From: an uncultured Solirubrobacterales bacterium
Lineage (GTDB): Bacteria > Actinomycetota > Thermoleophilia > Solirubrobacterales > Solirubrobacteraceae
Length of the DNA: 64,000 bases
NCBI GenBank assembly: GCA_963778985.1
Contig: CAVZWJ010000015.1
Coordinates: 18,787-82,786 of the forward strand
Direction: 5' to 3'
Positions 43,091-52,730 of the stretch are shown here, piece after piece (position 1 is the stretch's first letter; every line of letters begins with the position of its first letter). Position numbers and translations under genes: made by a program. The notes beneath the pieces were generated by a model. It had not been told where the DNA came from. It did no database searches and worked only from the letters and a program-made list of their open reading frames with translations.

Positions 43091-43928
43091 GGCGCACCTC
43101 CACGCCACGCAGGGTCCGCTTCACGAGGCCGGTGAGCACCTTCCCGGGGCCGACCTCGACGAACTCCTCGACTCCGAGGCCGTCCAGCGCGAGGACGGTC
43201 TCCCGCCAGCGCACCGGCATGGTCAGCGCCTCGGCGAGTCGCGCCCGGACATCGTCGAACGGCGCGGCGGTCACCGCCGACAGCACGGGCACCGTTGGCG
43301 CACCGATGTCGACGCCGTCGAGCGCGGCGCGGAATTCGGGGACGGCCGGGGCCATCATCGGTGAATGGAACGCGCCCGTGACCGCCAGCGGCTTCGCCCG
43401 AATCCCCAGTGCCTCGGCCGCCTCGGTGGCGGCGGGAATCGCCGCGCGCGCGCCGGACAACACAACCTGCTCGGGCGCGTTGTCGTTCGCGACCGCGAGG
43501 CCATGCGCCTGCGCCAGCTCGTGCGCGTGGTCAGCAGCTCCCCGTCCGAGCAGAGCGAGCATCCCGCCGCCGCCCTCACGTTCCCCCGCCTCGTGCATCA
43601 AGCGGCCGCGGAGGGCAACGAGCTCGAGTCCGTCCTGCTCGTCGAGTGCCTCGGCGGCCACGAGCGCGCCGAGCTCGCCCAGCGAATGTCCAGCCATGTA
43701 GTCGCCGAGCGGGTGCCCGATCGCCTCCCAGCCCGCGAGGCTCGCGCAGAAGATCGCCGGCTGAGCGAAGTGCGTCCCCTCGTCGACATGCTCGAAGGGA
43801 TCGCACCCGAGTAGCAGCCTCGCGCGCTCGAGGAGGTCGGGCCGCTGCTCGGCGACCGTGTCGCGCATCTCAGGTGTCTGACTCCCCTGACCGGGGAAGA
43901 GGATGGCTGTGGCGGACATTCCCATCAC
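43083..43928 (-). CDS. fabD: Malonyl-CoA:ACP transacylase
   Basis: FPGQGSQ, GHSLGE, AFHS motifs. Confidence 0.93.
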   Translation of the reverse strand: MMGMSATAILFPGQGSQTPEMRDTVAEQRPDLLERARLLLGCDPFEHVDEGTHFAQPAIFCASLAGWEAIGHPLGDYMAGHSLGELGALVAAEALDEQDGLELVALRGRLMHEAGEREGGGGMLALLGRGAADHAHELAQAHGLAVANDNAPEQVVLSGARAAIPAATEAAEALGIRAKPLAVTGAFHSPMMAPAVPEFRAALDGVDIGAPTVPVLSAVTAAPFDDVRARLAEALTMPVRWRETVLALDGLGVEEFVEVGPGKVLTGLVKRTLRGVEVRRA

Positions 43929-43969
43929 CGTACGCGCGCTGAGGACGGCAATTACAGCTGCAGCGAAGG

Positions 43970-43991
43970 GTTCCCCCCGTTCGGGGGGAAC
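43970..43991. promoter_or_regulatory. Perfect palindrome gttccccccg-tt-cggggggaac in a divergent promoter region
   Basis: 10-bp arms with a 2-nt spacer, between fabD and the SDR gene. Confidence 0.5.
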
Positions 43992-44032
43992 ACAGCGGCC
44001 GATCGTCGACAGGTACGCTTGCGTATCGCGTC

Positions 44033-44851
44033 ATGAGCCTGCCTGAGCCACGCCCCAGCACCGCCGCGCTCGTGACCGGCGCGTCCGCCGGTATCGGCGC
44101 CGAGATCGCCCGCGAGTTCGCCGTCCGTGGACATAACCTCGTCCTCGTCGCGCGGCGCAAGGATCGGCTCGACGATCTCGCGCAGGAGCTGAGCCGGGAA
44201 CACGGCATCCGTGCCGAGACCGTCTCCTGCGATCTCGGCAAGGCGACGGCGCGCAGGAAGCTGCCCGCGCAGATCAAGCCATTCGGTCTTGACGTCGAGA
44301 TCCTCGTCAACAACGCCGGGTTCGCGACGAACGGCGCCTTCCACAAGGCCGACCCGGAGCGCGAGCTCGAACAGGTCCGTCTGCTCGTCGAGGCGCCGGT
44401 TGCGCTGACGTCGATGTTCGCGCCGGAGATGGTCAAGCGCGGCCGCGGCGGCGTCCTCAACATCTCCTCCACGGCGGGCATGCAGCCCCTGCCCTATTCC
44501 GCCGGGTACTCGGCGGCGAAGGCGTACCTGCTGACGTTCTCCGAGGCGATTCATCAGGAGCTCCGGGGTCACGGCGTGACCGTCACCGTGATGTGCCCCG
44601 GCCCGGTGTCGACCGACTTCTGGCAGATCTCCGGCTGGGAGGTGCAGGGCGGCCAGACATTCGAGAGCGCGGTGCCGAGGCCGGCGTGGATCACGCCGCA
44701 GCAGGCAGCGAGGGAGGGCGTGCGTGGCCTCGAGCACGGGACGCGTGTCGTCGTGCCCGGCTTCCAGGTCCGTACGGCGATGCAGGCGGTGCGCTACCTG
44801 CCCCACGCCGTCAAGCTCCCGGCGATCGAGTGGCTCATGCGGTCGCGATGA
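44033..44851 (+). CDS. SDR family oxidoreductase
   Basis: TGASAGIG, NNAG, YSAAK, CPGPV motifs. Confidence 0.9.
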   Translation: MSLPEPRPSTAALVTGASAGIGAEIAREFAVRGHNLVLVARRKDRLDDLAQELSREHGIRAETVSCDLGKATARRKLPAQIKPFGLDVEILVNNAGFATNGAFHKADPERELEQVRLLVEAPVALTSMFAPEMVKRGRGGVLNISSTAGMQPLPYSAGYSAAKAYLLTFSEAIHQELRGHGVTVTVMCPGPVSTDFWQISGWEVQGGQTFESAVPRPAWITPQQAAREGVRGLEHGTRVVVPGFQVRTAMQAVRYLPHAVKLPAIEWLMRSR

Positions 44852-47367
44852 GCGAACTGCTGCCGCGCCCCGTGCGGCTGGCGCTCGGTGCCACGAGCCG
44901 CGGGACGAGCGACGCGCGCTTGCGGCGGGCCGTCGCCGACAAGGTCGTGCTCATCACCGGCGCATCCTCCGGTGTCGGCCGGGCGAGCGCGCTCCGGCTC
45001 GGCGCCGCGGGCGCCACAGTGCTGCTCGTCGCCCGCCGCGCAGCGCTGCTCGATGAGCTCCGGGACGAGATCCGTGCCGGCGGTGGTCAGGCGGACGCCT
45101 ACCCGTGTGACCTCGCGGACGTCGACGCCGTCGCCGCGCTCGCCGAACAGGTGCTCGCCGACCACGGCCATGTCGACGTCGTCGTCTCCAACGCCGGGGT
45201 CTCGATCCGGCGGTGGGTGTCGGAGACCTATGACCGCTTCCGGGACATCGAGCGGACGATCAACGTCAATTACCTCGGACCGACGCGCCTGCTGCTGGCC
45301 CTGTTGCCCTCGATGCGCGCCCGCGGCGAGGGCCACATCGTCTACGTCTCGACGATGGGGGTGAACTTCCCCCCGCTGCGGTGGAGCGCGTACATCGCCT
45401 CCAAGGTCGCGTTCGAGGCATGGCTGGCGGGCGTCGCGCCGGAGATCCGCGCCGACGGTGTGACGACGACCTCGCTCCAGCTCCAGCTCGTGCGCTCGCC
45501 CATGCTCGGCCCGTTCCGAATGTGGAACTACATCCCGGGCATGAGCAGCAGCGAGGCGGCCGGGATCGTCGCCCGCGCGATCGTCGAGCGGCCGCGCGTG
45601 ATCGCGCCCGCATGGGCACGCGTGAGCGGTGCCGCCACGAGTCTCGCGCAGGCACCCGTCGAGCGCGCTCTCAGCCGCTACGCCGCCCGTCTCAATCCGG
45701 CGAGTCGCGCCGGTTCACCGTCGCCGCTCGCTGCCCTCAGCACCGTCGCCGGAGTCGTGCGACCGATCCGCCCGGACCGCATCGCCCGCGCCCTGCTCGC
45801 GCTCGAGCGCTTCGGCGCGACGCCCGCCGCCGTCGCCGGCGCCGCCGCCGCCCTGTATCCCGGCCGCCCGGCCGTCATCGACGACCTCGGCACGCTGAGT
45901 TTCGATGACCTCGACTGGGAGGCGCGGGCGCTCGCCGCCGCGTTGCACGACCGCTTCGCGCTCGGCGCCGAGGCCACCGTCGCCATCATGTGCCGCAACC
46001 ACCGCGGGTTCGTCGTGGCGGCGGTCGCGGCGACGCGGCTCGGGTGCGGGCTCGTGCCGCTGAGCCCTGACTTCGCGGGCCCCCAGCTCGGTGACGTGCT
46101 CGCACAGGAGGACGCGAGCGCGATCGTGTTCGACAGCGAGTTCCGTCCGATCGTCGAGGAGTCGGGTTACACGGGAGCGCGGATCGTCGCGTGGCACGAG
46201 CGACACGACACCTTCGACGAGCCGACGCTCGCCGCACTCATCGCGAGCGGCGGTCGGGGCGAGCACGGCGTTGCGCCGGCACCGGGCCGGCACGGCAGCG
46301 TGACGATGCTGACGTCCGGAACGACCGGCACGCCGAAGGGCGCCAAGCGCTCGATCGGTCCGCGGTCGCTCGTGCCGCTCATGCTCGGCGGCGCCTCCGA
46401 CCTCGGCCGGATCCGCAGCGCGCCGCGCTCAGGGGACCCGTTCGTCGTGGCTCCTCCGCTGTTCCATCTGTACGGACTCATCGGCCTGACAGCCGCGTTC
46501 TCGCTCGGCGCCCCGATCGTCATCCGTCGGCGCTTCGATCCGGAGGCGGTGCTCGATCAGATCGAGCGCCACGGCGCTGGTGCGCTGCTCGCCGTCCCGA
46601 CGATGCTCGGTCGGATCATGGCCCTCCCGGATGACGTGCTCGACAACTACGACACCGGTTCCGTGCGGATGATCATCAGCGGCGCGGCGCCCCTGTCCGC
46701 CGAGCTGGCGAGCGCGGTGATGGATCGCTTTGGCGACGTGCTCTACAACGGATACGCCTCGACCGAGGTCGGCGGCGGCACGCTCGCCACGCCGGAGGAT
46801 CTCCGTGCGGCCCCGGGAACGGTCGGCCGGCCGATGGTCGGCACGGCCATCCGCATCCTCGACGACCGTGGCCAGCCGCTGCCGCCGGGGACGACGGGCC
46901 GCGTCTTCGTCGGCAGCCCACTGCAGTTCGACGGCTATACCGGCGGCGGGAGCAAGGAGATGGTCGACGGGCTGATGAGCACGGGCGATCTCGGGCACTT
47001 CGACGGGCACGGCCGGCTGTTCATCGACGGTCGCGACGACGACATGATCGTGTCCGGCGGAGAGAACGTGTTTCCGCAGGAGGTCGAGGATCTGCTGCAC
47101 GCGCACCCAGACGTCGCCGACGCCGGTGTCTTCGGAGTGAGCGATGCCGACTTTGGGCAGCGCCTCGCCGCCTACGTCGTGCCGGCGCCGGACACGTCGC
47201 CGTCCGAAGAGGCACTGCGCGCGCACGTCCGCGCCCGGCTTGCGCGCCACAAAGTGCCGCGGGAGATCCGACTTGTCGACGAGATCCCCCGCACATCGAC
47301 GGGCAAGGTGAAGCGGCGCGAGCTGTCGGCGCGCTTCGACTCCGAAACCGCCGATCTCGCCGGCTGA
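44848..47367 (+). CDS. Fusion: SDR (fatty acyl-CoA reductase-like) + AMP-binding acyl-CoA synthetase
   Basis: TGASSGVG, NAGVSIRR, YIASK, followed in frame by TSGTTGTPKG, YASTE, TGDLG, SGGENVFP and the A10 lysine (TGKV). Confidence 0.88.
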   Translation: MSELLPRPVRLALGATSRGTSDARLRRAVADKVVLITGASSGVGRASALRLGAAGATVLLVARRAALLDELRDEIRAGGGQADAYPCDLADVDAVAALAEQVLADHGHVDVVVSNAGVSIRRWVSETYDRFRDIERTINVNYLGPTRLLLALLPSMRARGEGHIVYVSTMGVNFPPLRWSAYIASKVAFEAWLAGVAPEIRADGVTTTSLQLQLVRSPMLGPFRMWNYIPGMSSSEAAGIVARAIVERPRVIAPAWARVSGAATSLAQAPVERALSRYAARLNPASRAGSPSPLAALSTVAGVVRPIRPDRIARALLALERFGATPAAVAGAAAALYPGRPAVIDDLGTLSFDDLDWEARALAAALHDRFALGAEATVAIMCRNHRGFVVAAVAATRLGCGLVPLSPDFAGPQLGDVLAQEDASAIVFDSEFRPIVEESGYTGARIVAWHERHDTFDEPTLAALIASGGRGEHGVAPAPGRHGSVTMLTSGTTGTPKGAKRSIGPRSLVPLMLGGASDLGRIRSAPRSGDPFVVAPPLFHLYGLIGLTAAFSLGAPIVIRRRFDPEAVLDQIERHGAGALLAVPTMLGRIMALPDDVLDNYDTGSVRMIISGAAPLSAELASAVMDRFGDVLYNGYASTEVGGGTLATPEDLRAAPGTVGRPMVGTAIRILDDRGQPLPPGTTGRVFVGSPLQFDGYTGGGSKEMVDGLMSTGDLGHFDGHGRLFIDGRDDDMIVSGGENVFPQEVEDLLHAHPDVADAGVFGVSDADFGQRLAAYVVPAPDTSPSEEALRAHVRARLARHKVPREIRLVDEIPRTSTGKVKRRELSARFDSETADLAG

Positions 47368-47370
47368 GCC

Positions 47371-48552
47371 GTGACCGACGATTTCGCTCGCCGGCTCGAC
47401 GTGTTGCTCGGAATCGCGCTCCGACTCGCCCGCTCGGCGCCGAGCGGCCAGAACGCCCTCGCTCAGGTCGAGCGGGCGATCGAGCTGTCGTGGATTCCGA
47501 CTCCGTGGGGCGAGTCCATCGTCGGAGATCTGCGGGCCGCCGCCACAGAGGCGCGCGCGCCGGTCCCGTTCAAGCAGATAGAGCGGGTCCTCCGCGACGC
47601 ATGGGGCGGGGCCCCGCGTGACGAGCTCGACGACCTCGAGGGCGAGCCGGTCGCCGTGACCCCGGGGGCCCAGGTCCACCGGGGAGTGCTCGATGGGGAG
47701 GTCGTCGCCGTCAAGGTGCTTCGGCCCGGACTGGCGGCATCCGTTCGCCAGGACCTGTCGTTGCTCGAGGGGCTGCTGACGCCGCTGTCGGCGGCCTTCC
47801 CCGCCATTGACGCCTCGGCGATCCTCCGCGAGGTCCGGGAGCGTGTCCTCGACGAGCTTGACCTCGAGCACGAGGCAGGCGTCCAGCGGCGCTTTCACCG
47901 GGCGCTGCGTCGCCACGGTGAGGTCGTCGTGCCCGCGCCGGTGACCCGACTTGCGCATCCGGCGGTCACAGTGAGCGAATGGATCGACGGGGTCCCGTTA
48001 CGCGACGCCGCCGACCGGGACGCGGCCTGCGCCACGCTCGTGCGCTTCTCCCTCGGCGCCCAGCGCTCGCTCGGCGTCGCCCATGCCGATATCGACCCCG
48101 ACGACGTGCTCGCCCTCCCGGACGGAAGGATCGCGGTGCTCGACTTCGGAGCCGTCGCGTCGGTCTCGCCGGAGCGCGTCGACGCCTCCGTTGACGGCCT
48201 CGACGCGTTCGTTGCGAATGACGGTGAGGCGCTCGGCCGGGTCCTCGAGGGCACCGGCTCACTGCCCGCGGAACTCGGCCCGACCGCGCTGTCGCTCGCC
48301 CGCCATGCGCTTGGTCCGCTCGGCGACAACGCACCGGCCCGGCTCGACGCCGACACGGTGACGGTGGCGCGTGACCGGATGCTCGAACGGCCGGACGATC
48401 TGTTCGCGATCCTCACTCGCGCCGCGGTGCCACCCGGCGACCTGTGGCCCGTCCGCGGGATGGCGCAGACGTTCTCGGCGGTGGCCCGGGTCGGCGCGAC
48501 CGGGTCCTGGCTGACGCTCGCGCGGGATGCCCTGCGCGACGGCTGGGGCTGA
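47371..48552 (+). CDS. AarF/ABC1/UbiB atypical kinase family protein
   Basis: QVHRG, VAVKV, ELDLEHEA, HAD, LDFG motifs. Confidence 0.8.
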   Translation: MTDDFARRLDVLLGIALRLARSAPSGQNALAQVERAIELSWIPTPWGESIVGDLRAAATEARAPVPFKQIERVLRDAWGGAPRDELDDLEGEPVAVTPGAQVHRGVLDGEVVAVKVLRPGLAASVRQDLSLLEGLLTPLSAAFPAIDASAILREVRERVLDELDLEHEAGVQRRFHRALRRHGEVVVPAPVTRLAHPAVTVSEWIDGVPLRDAADRDAACATLVRFSLGAQRSLGVAHADIDPDDVLALPDGRIAVLDFGAVASVSPERVDASVDGLDAFVANDGEALGRVLEGTGSLPAELGPTALSLARHALGPLGDNAPARLDADTVTVARDRMLERPDDLFAILTRAAVPPGDLWPVRGMAQTFSAVARVGATGSWLTLARDALRDGWG

Positions 48553-48613
48553 GCGAAAGGGCTTCACCGCCCCTTCTTGCGCGACAGTCCCATCGGGGGC
48601 CAGCCACGGTCTG

Positions 48614-49261
48614 TCACGACTTCCGGCCGGTCAGGGCCAGCCCGATGCCCAGCCCGATCAGCGTCACGCCTCCCCCGGCCGTGAGCCACTGAAGGCGCCG
48701 CTCCGAGCGGCCGAGCCAATTGCGGGCGGTTCCGGAGGCGACGGCCCAGGCGCCGTCGGAGAGCAGCGCGATCGCGATGCAGATCGTCCCGAGCACGATC
48801 AGCTGCACGGTCACGTGGCCGGCGCTGCGGTCGATGAACTGCGGCAGCACCGCGGTGAAGATGATGATGCCCTTGGGGTTCGTCGCGCCGACGAGGAACC
48901 CCTCACGGATGATCTGCCCGAGGGGCTTCGGAGCGCCGGCGTCATGGCCTGCGCCGAACGTGCGGGCGAGCTCCCGCCGGTCCCTGATGTTCCGAATTCC
49001 GAGGAACAGCAGATACGCCGCGCCGATCAGTTTCAGAACGGTGAACACCCCCTCGGACCGGGCGACGATCGCCCCGACCCCCACAGACACGAGCGCAAGC
49101 TGAAGGGCAAATCCTGACGCGTTCCCGAGGACGGTGGCGAGTGCCGCCCGGCGCCCCAGAGCAACGCCGCGACTGACGACGAAGAGCACGCTCGGCCCCG
49201 GGATGAGGATGAGCACGTAGACGGTGAGCAGGAACTCGGCGAAGTGACGCGTCGGGAGCAC
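48614..49261 (-). CDS. LysE/RhtB family translocator
   Basis: PGPS, GAAYL..LG, NPK motifs. Confidence 0.9.
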   Translation of the reverse strand: MLPTRHFAEFLLTVYVLILIPGPSVLFVVSRGVALGRRAALATVLGNASGFALQLALVSVGVGAIVARSEGVFTVLKLIGAAYLLFLGIRNIRDRRELARTFGAGHDAGAPKPLGQIIREGFLVGATNPKGIIIFTAVLPQFIDRSAGHVTVQLIVLGTICIAIALLSDGAWAVASGTARNWLGRSERRLQWLTAGGGVTLIGLGIGLALTGRKS

Positions 49262-49312
49262 GGACGGGATCTAAGCGGACTCGGGCCCGCCCGTCCACGC
49301 CTTCGCGCAGCG

Positions 49313-49456
49313 GGTCAGCGCCGGCTGGTCGGCGCCGACAGGTCAGCGCCGGCGGGGTCAGCGCCGGCTGGTCAGCGCCGGCTGGTCGGCGCCGGCTGGT
49401 CGGCGCCGGCTGGTCGGCGCCGGCAGGTCAGCGCCGGCGGGCGCGGCGCCGGCGGC
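49313..49456. repeat. About ten tandem copies of a 14-bp unit ggtc(a/g)gcgccggc(t/a/g)
   Basis: Intergenic minisatellite abutting the lipase stop codon. Confidence 0.85.
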
Positions 49457-50674
49457 TCAGGCGGCCTGCGCGGTTGGCCGCTCGACGATCTCCTCCACCG
49501 GCGGCTGACGGACCGCGCCGCGGCCGAGCCGCCGCGCCATCCAGTCGAGCGCGATCGGGGTGCCGGCGAACGCCCCGCTGATGTGGTCCATCCCGCCACG
49601 CGTCACGTACAGCCGGACGTCGACCCCAAGCGCATCCCAGTCGGCCTTGAGGTTGAGGCTCTGCTGGAAGGACACGATCTGATCACGCCGCGCGTGATGC
49701 AGCAGGACCGGGGCGGTCGGCGCGATCGTGCCGAGCCGGTTCTCTCGCAGGCGGGTGCGCCAATCCGGGAGCTCGAGCACGTTCGGGTTCGTCAGCTCAT
49801 CGGCGTGGATGTACCGCGGGCCCATCAGCATCGCCTGGACAATCGTCGACTCGCGCAGCATGCCGATCCGCTTACGGGCCATCGGCGTCAGGTACGGATC
49901 GAGCTCGAGTTCGGGATAGGCCGCGGCGTAGCCGATGCCGCCGTACGCGATGAAGAACGAGAAGAAGCTGCCGTCGAGGCTCTCGCCGCCGCTCTCGACG
50001 TTCGCCGCCGCGGCGCCCGCGACGACCGCGCGCAGCTCGACATCCGGCGCGTACGTCGGTTGCACCTGGGCGGCCCACGCCGCCGCCGCGCCGCCCTCGG
50101 AGTAACCGATGATCGCGGCCGGTCCGTCCTCCGACAGCTGCTCGGGACATACGAGGCGCGCGGCGCGCATCGCGTCAAGCACGTTCGGGCCGAGTGCGCG
50201 ACCGACCATGTACGCGTGGTCGCCCGGCGTGCCGAGGCCCTGGTAGTCGGTGACCGCCACTGCCCACCCGCGCGCGAGGCACATCGCCATCATGCTCGCT
50301 TCCCACTCGAGACCGCGCGGCAGCAGCCGTGACGGGGCGGCCGCATCGCCGATCCCGTGGGTGCCGATCGCATAGCCGACGAGCGCGCGCGCCCTCGGGC
50401 GGCCGCGGGGCACGAGCACGGTGCCGGAGACCGCCGTCGGCTCCCCCACAGCTCCGGTCGAGCGGTAGAGCACCCGCCATGCATCCGCCCGCAGCCGGAC
50501 GCCGGGGACGAGGTAGGCGTCCACCGGCTCAGCCCTGATGATGTCGCCCGGCGTGCCCGCCGGAAGCGGGTCCGGCGCGAGATAGAAGTCCTCGGCGCCG
50601 GTGACCCGACGGCGAGGCGGAGACATCAACATCAGCTGCGCCGTCGCCTGGCGCGCTACGTCGAGGAAGCTCAC
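49457..50674 (-). CDS. Secretory-lipase (LIP) family hydrolase
   Basis: YRST, TDYQGLG, GYSEGG nucleophile, C-terminal D and H. Confidence 0.85.
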   Translation of the reverse strand: MSFLDVARQATAQLMLMSPPRRRVTGAEDFYLAPDPLPAGTPGDIIRAEPVDAYLVPGVRLRADAWRVLYRSTGAVGEPTAVSGTVLVPRGRPRARALVGYAIGTHGIGDAAAPSRLLPRGLEWEASMMAMCLARGWAVAVTDYQGLGTPGDHAYMVGRALGPNVLDAMRAARLVCPEQLSEDGPAAIIGYSEGGAAAAWAAQVQPTYAPDVELRAVVAGAAAANVESGGESLDGSFFSFFIAYGGIGYAAAYPELELDPYLTPMARKRIGMLRESTIVQAMLMGPRYIHADELTNPNVLELPDWRTRLRENRLGTIAPTAPVLLHHARRDQIVSFQQSLNLKADWDALGVDVRLYVTRGGMDHISGAFAGTPIALDWMARRLGRGAVRQPPVEEIVERPTAQAA

Positions 50675-51006
50675 GCTAATTGGCTCTTTTCTGGTCCGGG
50701 TTTCCTATCCGTGAAACCCTTACCAGTCGACACCTTACTGGAGTGACCTGACGAGTTTCCACAATCCTGCGCAATCCGAGCCAACGTCGCCTCGGAGATG
50801 AGGTCGTCCATACCCTTATTGGCCGACTGCCAATCACCGGTCGGCGCCGCGCGCCCTCTCCTCATGGCGGCCGATTCTGACCCTCGGGCGGCGGAGTGGA
50901 CAGCGGACTTACTACGGGGCCGGTCCGGGGCCTGTACGGATTCGATCCGACCGTACGGCCCTCCTGGTCGGGATAGGCGCAAAGAGCGCGCCCCGCCCCG
51001 CGATCG

Positions 51007-51624
51007 CTACCCGAGCAGACCGATCCGCTGCGCCCGCTGCACCGCCTCGGCCCGGTTGCGCGCCTGGAGCTTGCGGTACAGGGCGCTCGTGTGCTCCTTG
51101 ACGGTGTGCGGGGAGAGGAACAGGCGCTGGGCGATCTCGCGGTTTGTCGATCCGGCCGCGATCAGGTCAAGCACCTCCCGCTCGCGCTCGGTCAGCAGCG
51201 GCGCCGGCTGCTCGGCCTTCGGCGGGAACATCGTCATTCCGAGACCGACCATCCGAACGGCCATCGCGACGTCACCGGCCTCCCAGTCCTTGGAGACGAA
51301 TCCGGACGCCCCGGCGGCTCGCGCGGCGGCCGGGGACATGCGACCAGCACCCGAGATGAGCAGCACCCGAGTCGACGGCGACGCCGTGCGGATCGACTCG
51401 CACACGTCGGCGCCGGACTCACCCGCTAAGAACAAATCGACGAGCGCGACGTGCGGATCGAACGAGCGCGTCAGCTCGAGTGCCTCCTCCCCGGTCCGCG
51501 CCGCGAGACAGCGTTCGACCCATGGCTGCTCGCCGAGCAGCACCCGAAAGCCCCAGTGCACGACGTCGTGGTCGTCGACCACGAGCACGCGGAGGCGGCG
51601 ATTGTCAAGCTTCGACGTGGGCAC
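51007..51624 (-). CDS. NarL/LuxR-family response regulator
   Basis: VVDDH receiver domain; LTEREREVL, TNREIA, SPHTVKEH HTH. Confidence 0.92.
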   Translation of the reverse strand: MPTSKLDNRRLRVLVVDDHDVVHWGFRVLLGEQPWVERCLAARTGEEALELTRSFDPHVALVDLFLAGESGADVCESIRTASPSTRVLLISGAGRMSPAAARAAGASGFVSKDWEAGDVAMAVRMVGLGMTMFPPKAEQPAPLLTEREREVLDLIAAGSTNREIAQRLFLSPHTVKEHTSALYRKLQARNRAEAVQRAQRIGLLG

Positions 51625-52730
51625 GCGCCACCACCAGACGGACCCGCCAGCAGTCGCCGGGGCAAGGCCCGAACTCGACCACACCCCCGTGCTGGAGCGC
51701 CTCGAACGCGCTCAAGCGCAGGCCCATTCCCGCTCCGCGCGCCCCCGGCCGCACGCCGTCGTTGCGAATCTCGAGGGTGAACGTCTCGTCGTCGACGGCG
51801 ACCGACACCTCGACGCACGTCGGGTCGGCGTGCTTGACGACGTTGCGCATCGCCTCGGTGAGCACGGACTGGGCGAGCGGCTCGAGCTCGGCCGGCACGA
51901 CGACGCCGCCGCGGCCACTCGACACGCACCGGCGGCCCGGGCGCGGCGCCGAGCCGCTCGAGTTCCTCGGCCAGCGTCAGCCCGGTCTCCAGGGCCACCG
52001 GCGCCAGCGGGCGCTCGAGCGCCCGGCGTAGGTCGCTCAGGGCCTGCTGCATCTCGATCCGGCAGCGCTCGCGCTCGTCGGCTGACAACGGAGTCGCCGC
52101 GCTCAACGCCAGGGACACGCCGAACAGACGCTGCAATACCCGCTCGTGGATCTCTCGGGCAAGTCCGAGCCGCTCGGCGAGGCGGCGGTTGCGCTCCTGC
52201 TGACGTGTCGTCGTCCGCGCTGTCGTCACCAGTGCCGCCGTCTTGCCGAGCGTCCACAACAGGTGGCGCTCGCCGTCGGTGAGCTCGAAGCGGCCGCCGC
52301 CCCGGTCGGCGCAGATGACACCGTAGTCGCGGCCCGCGGCGCTCATCGGCGTGCACACGAGCGTCGTGATCCCGAGCACCTTGGCGTAGTCGGGCGGGAC
52401 CCACTCCTCGATCCGCTCGGACACGACGACGACCTCGTCGTCGCGAAGTGCCTGCTGAGCGATCGGGGTGTTGACGAGCGTCGGCCGCAGCTCGGTCAAC
52501 TCGTCGAAGGGCGTGCCGTGGGCACCGACCGCCCGGACGCGCCGGCGGGCGGCGTCGGCCATGAAGATGGCGGCGCGGCGCATCGTCGTCAGCCGGCAGA
52601 TCGCCTCGCAGATGCGATCGTAGAACTCCGTCGAGGATGTCTCGGTGTCGATCTCCGCGAGCAGCTCGACGAACACCTCAAGCGGCTCGACCCCGGCGAA
52701 CAGCGCAGCCGGACGGTCGACCGCGCTCAT
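51605..52730 (-). CDS. GAF sensor histidine kinase (HisKA_3), apparent frameshift near 51910
   Basis: GAF, AREIHE..LQ; EAMRNVVKHA, NDG and GMGL in the adjacent frame. Confidence 0.85.
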
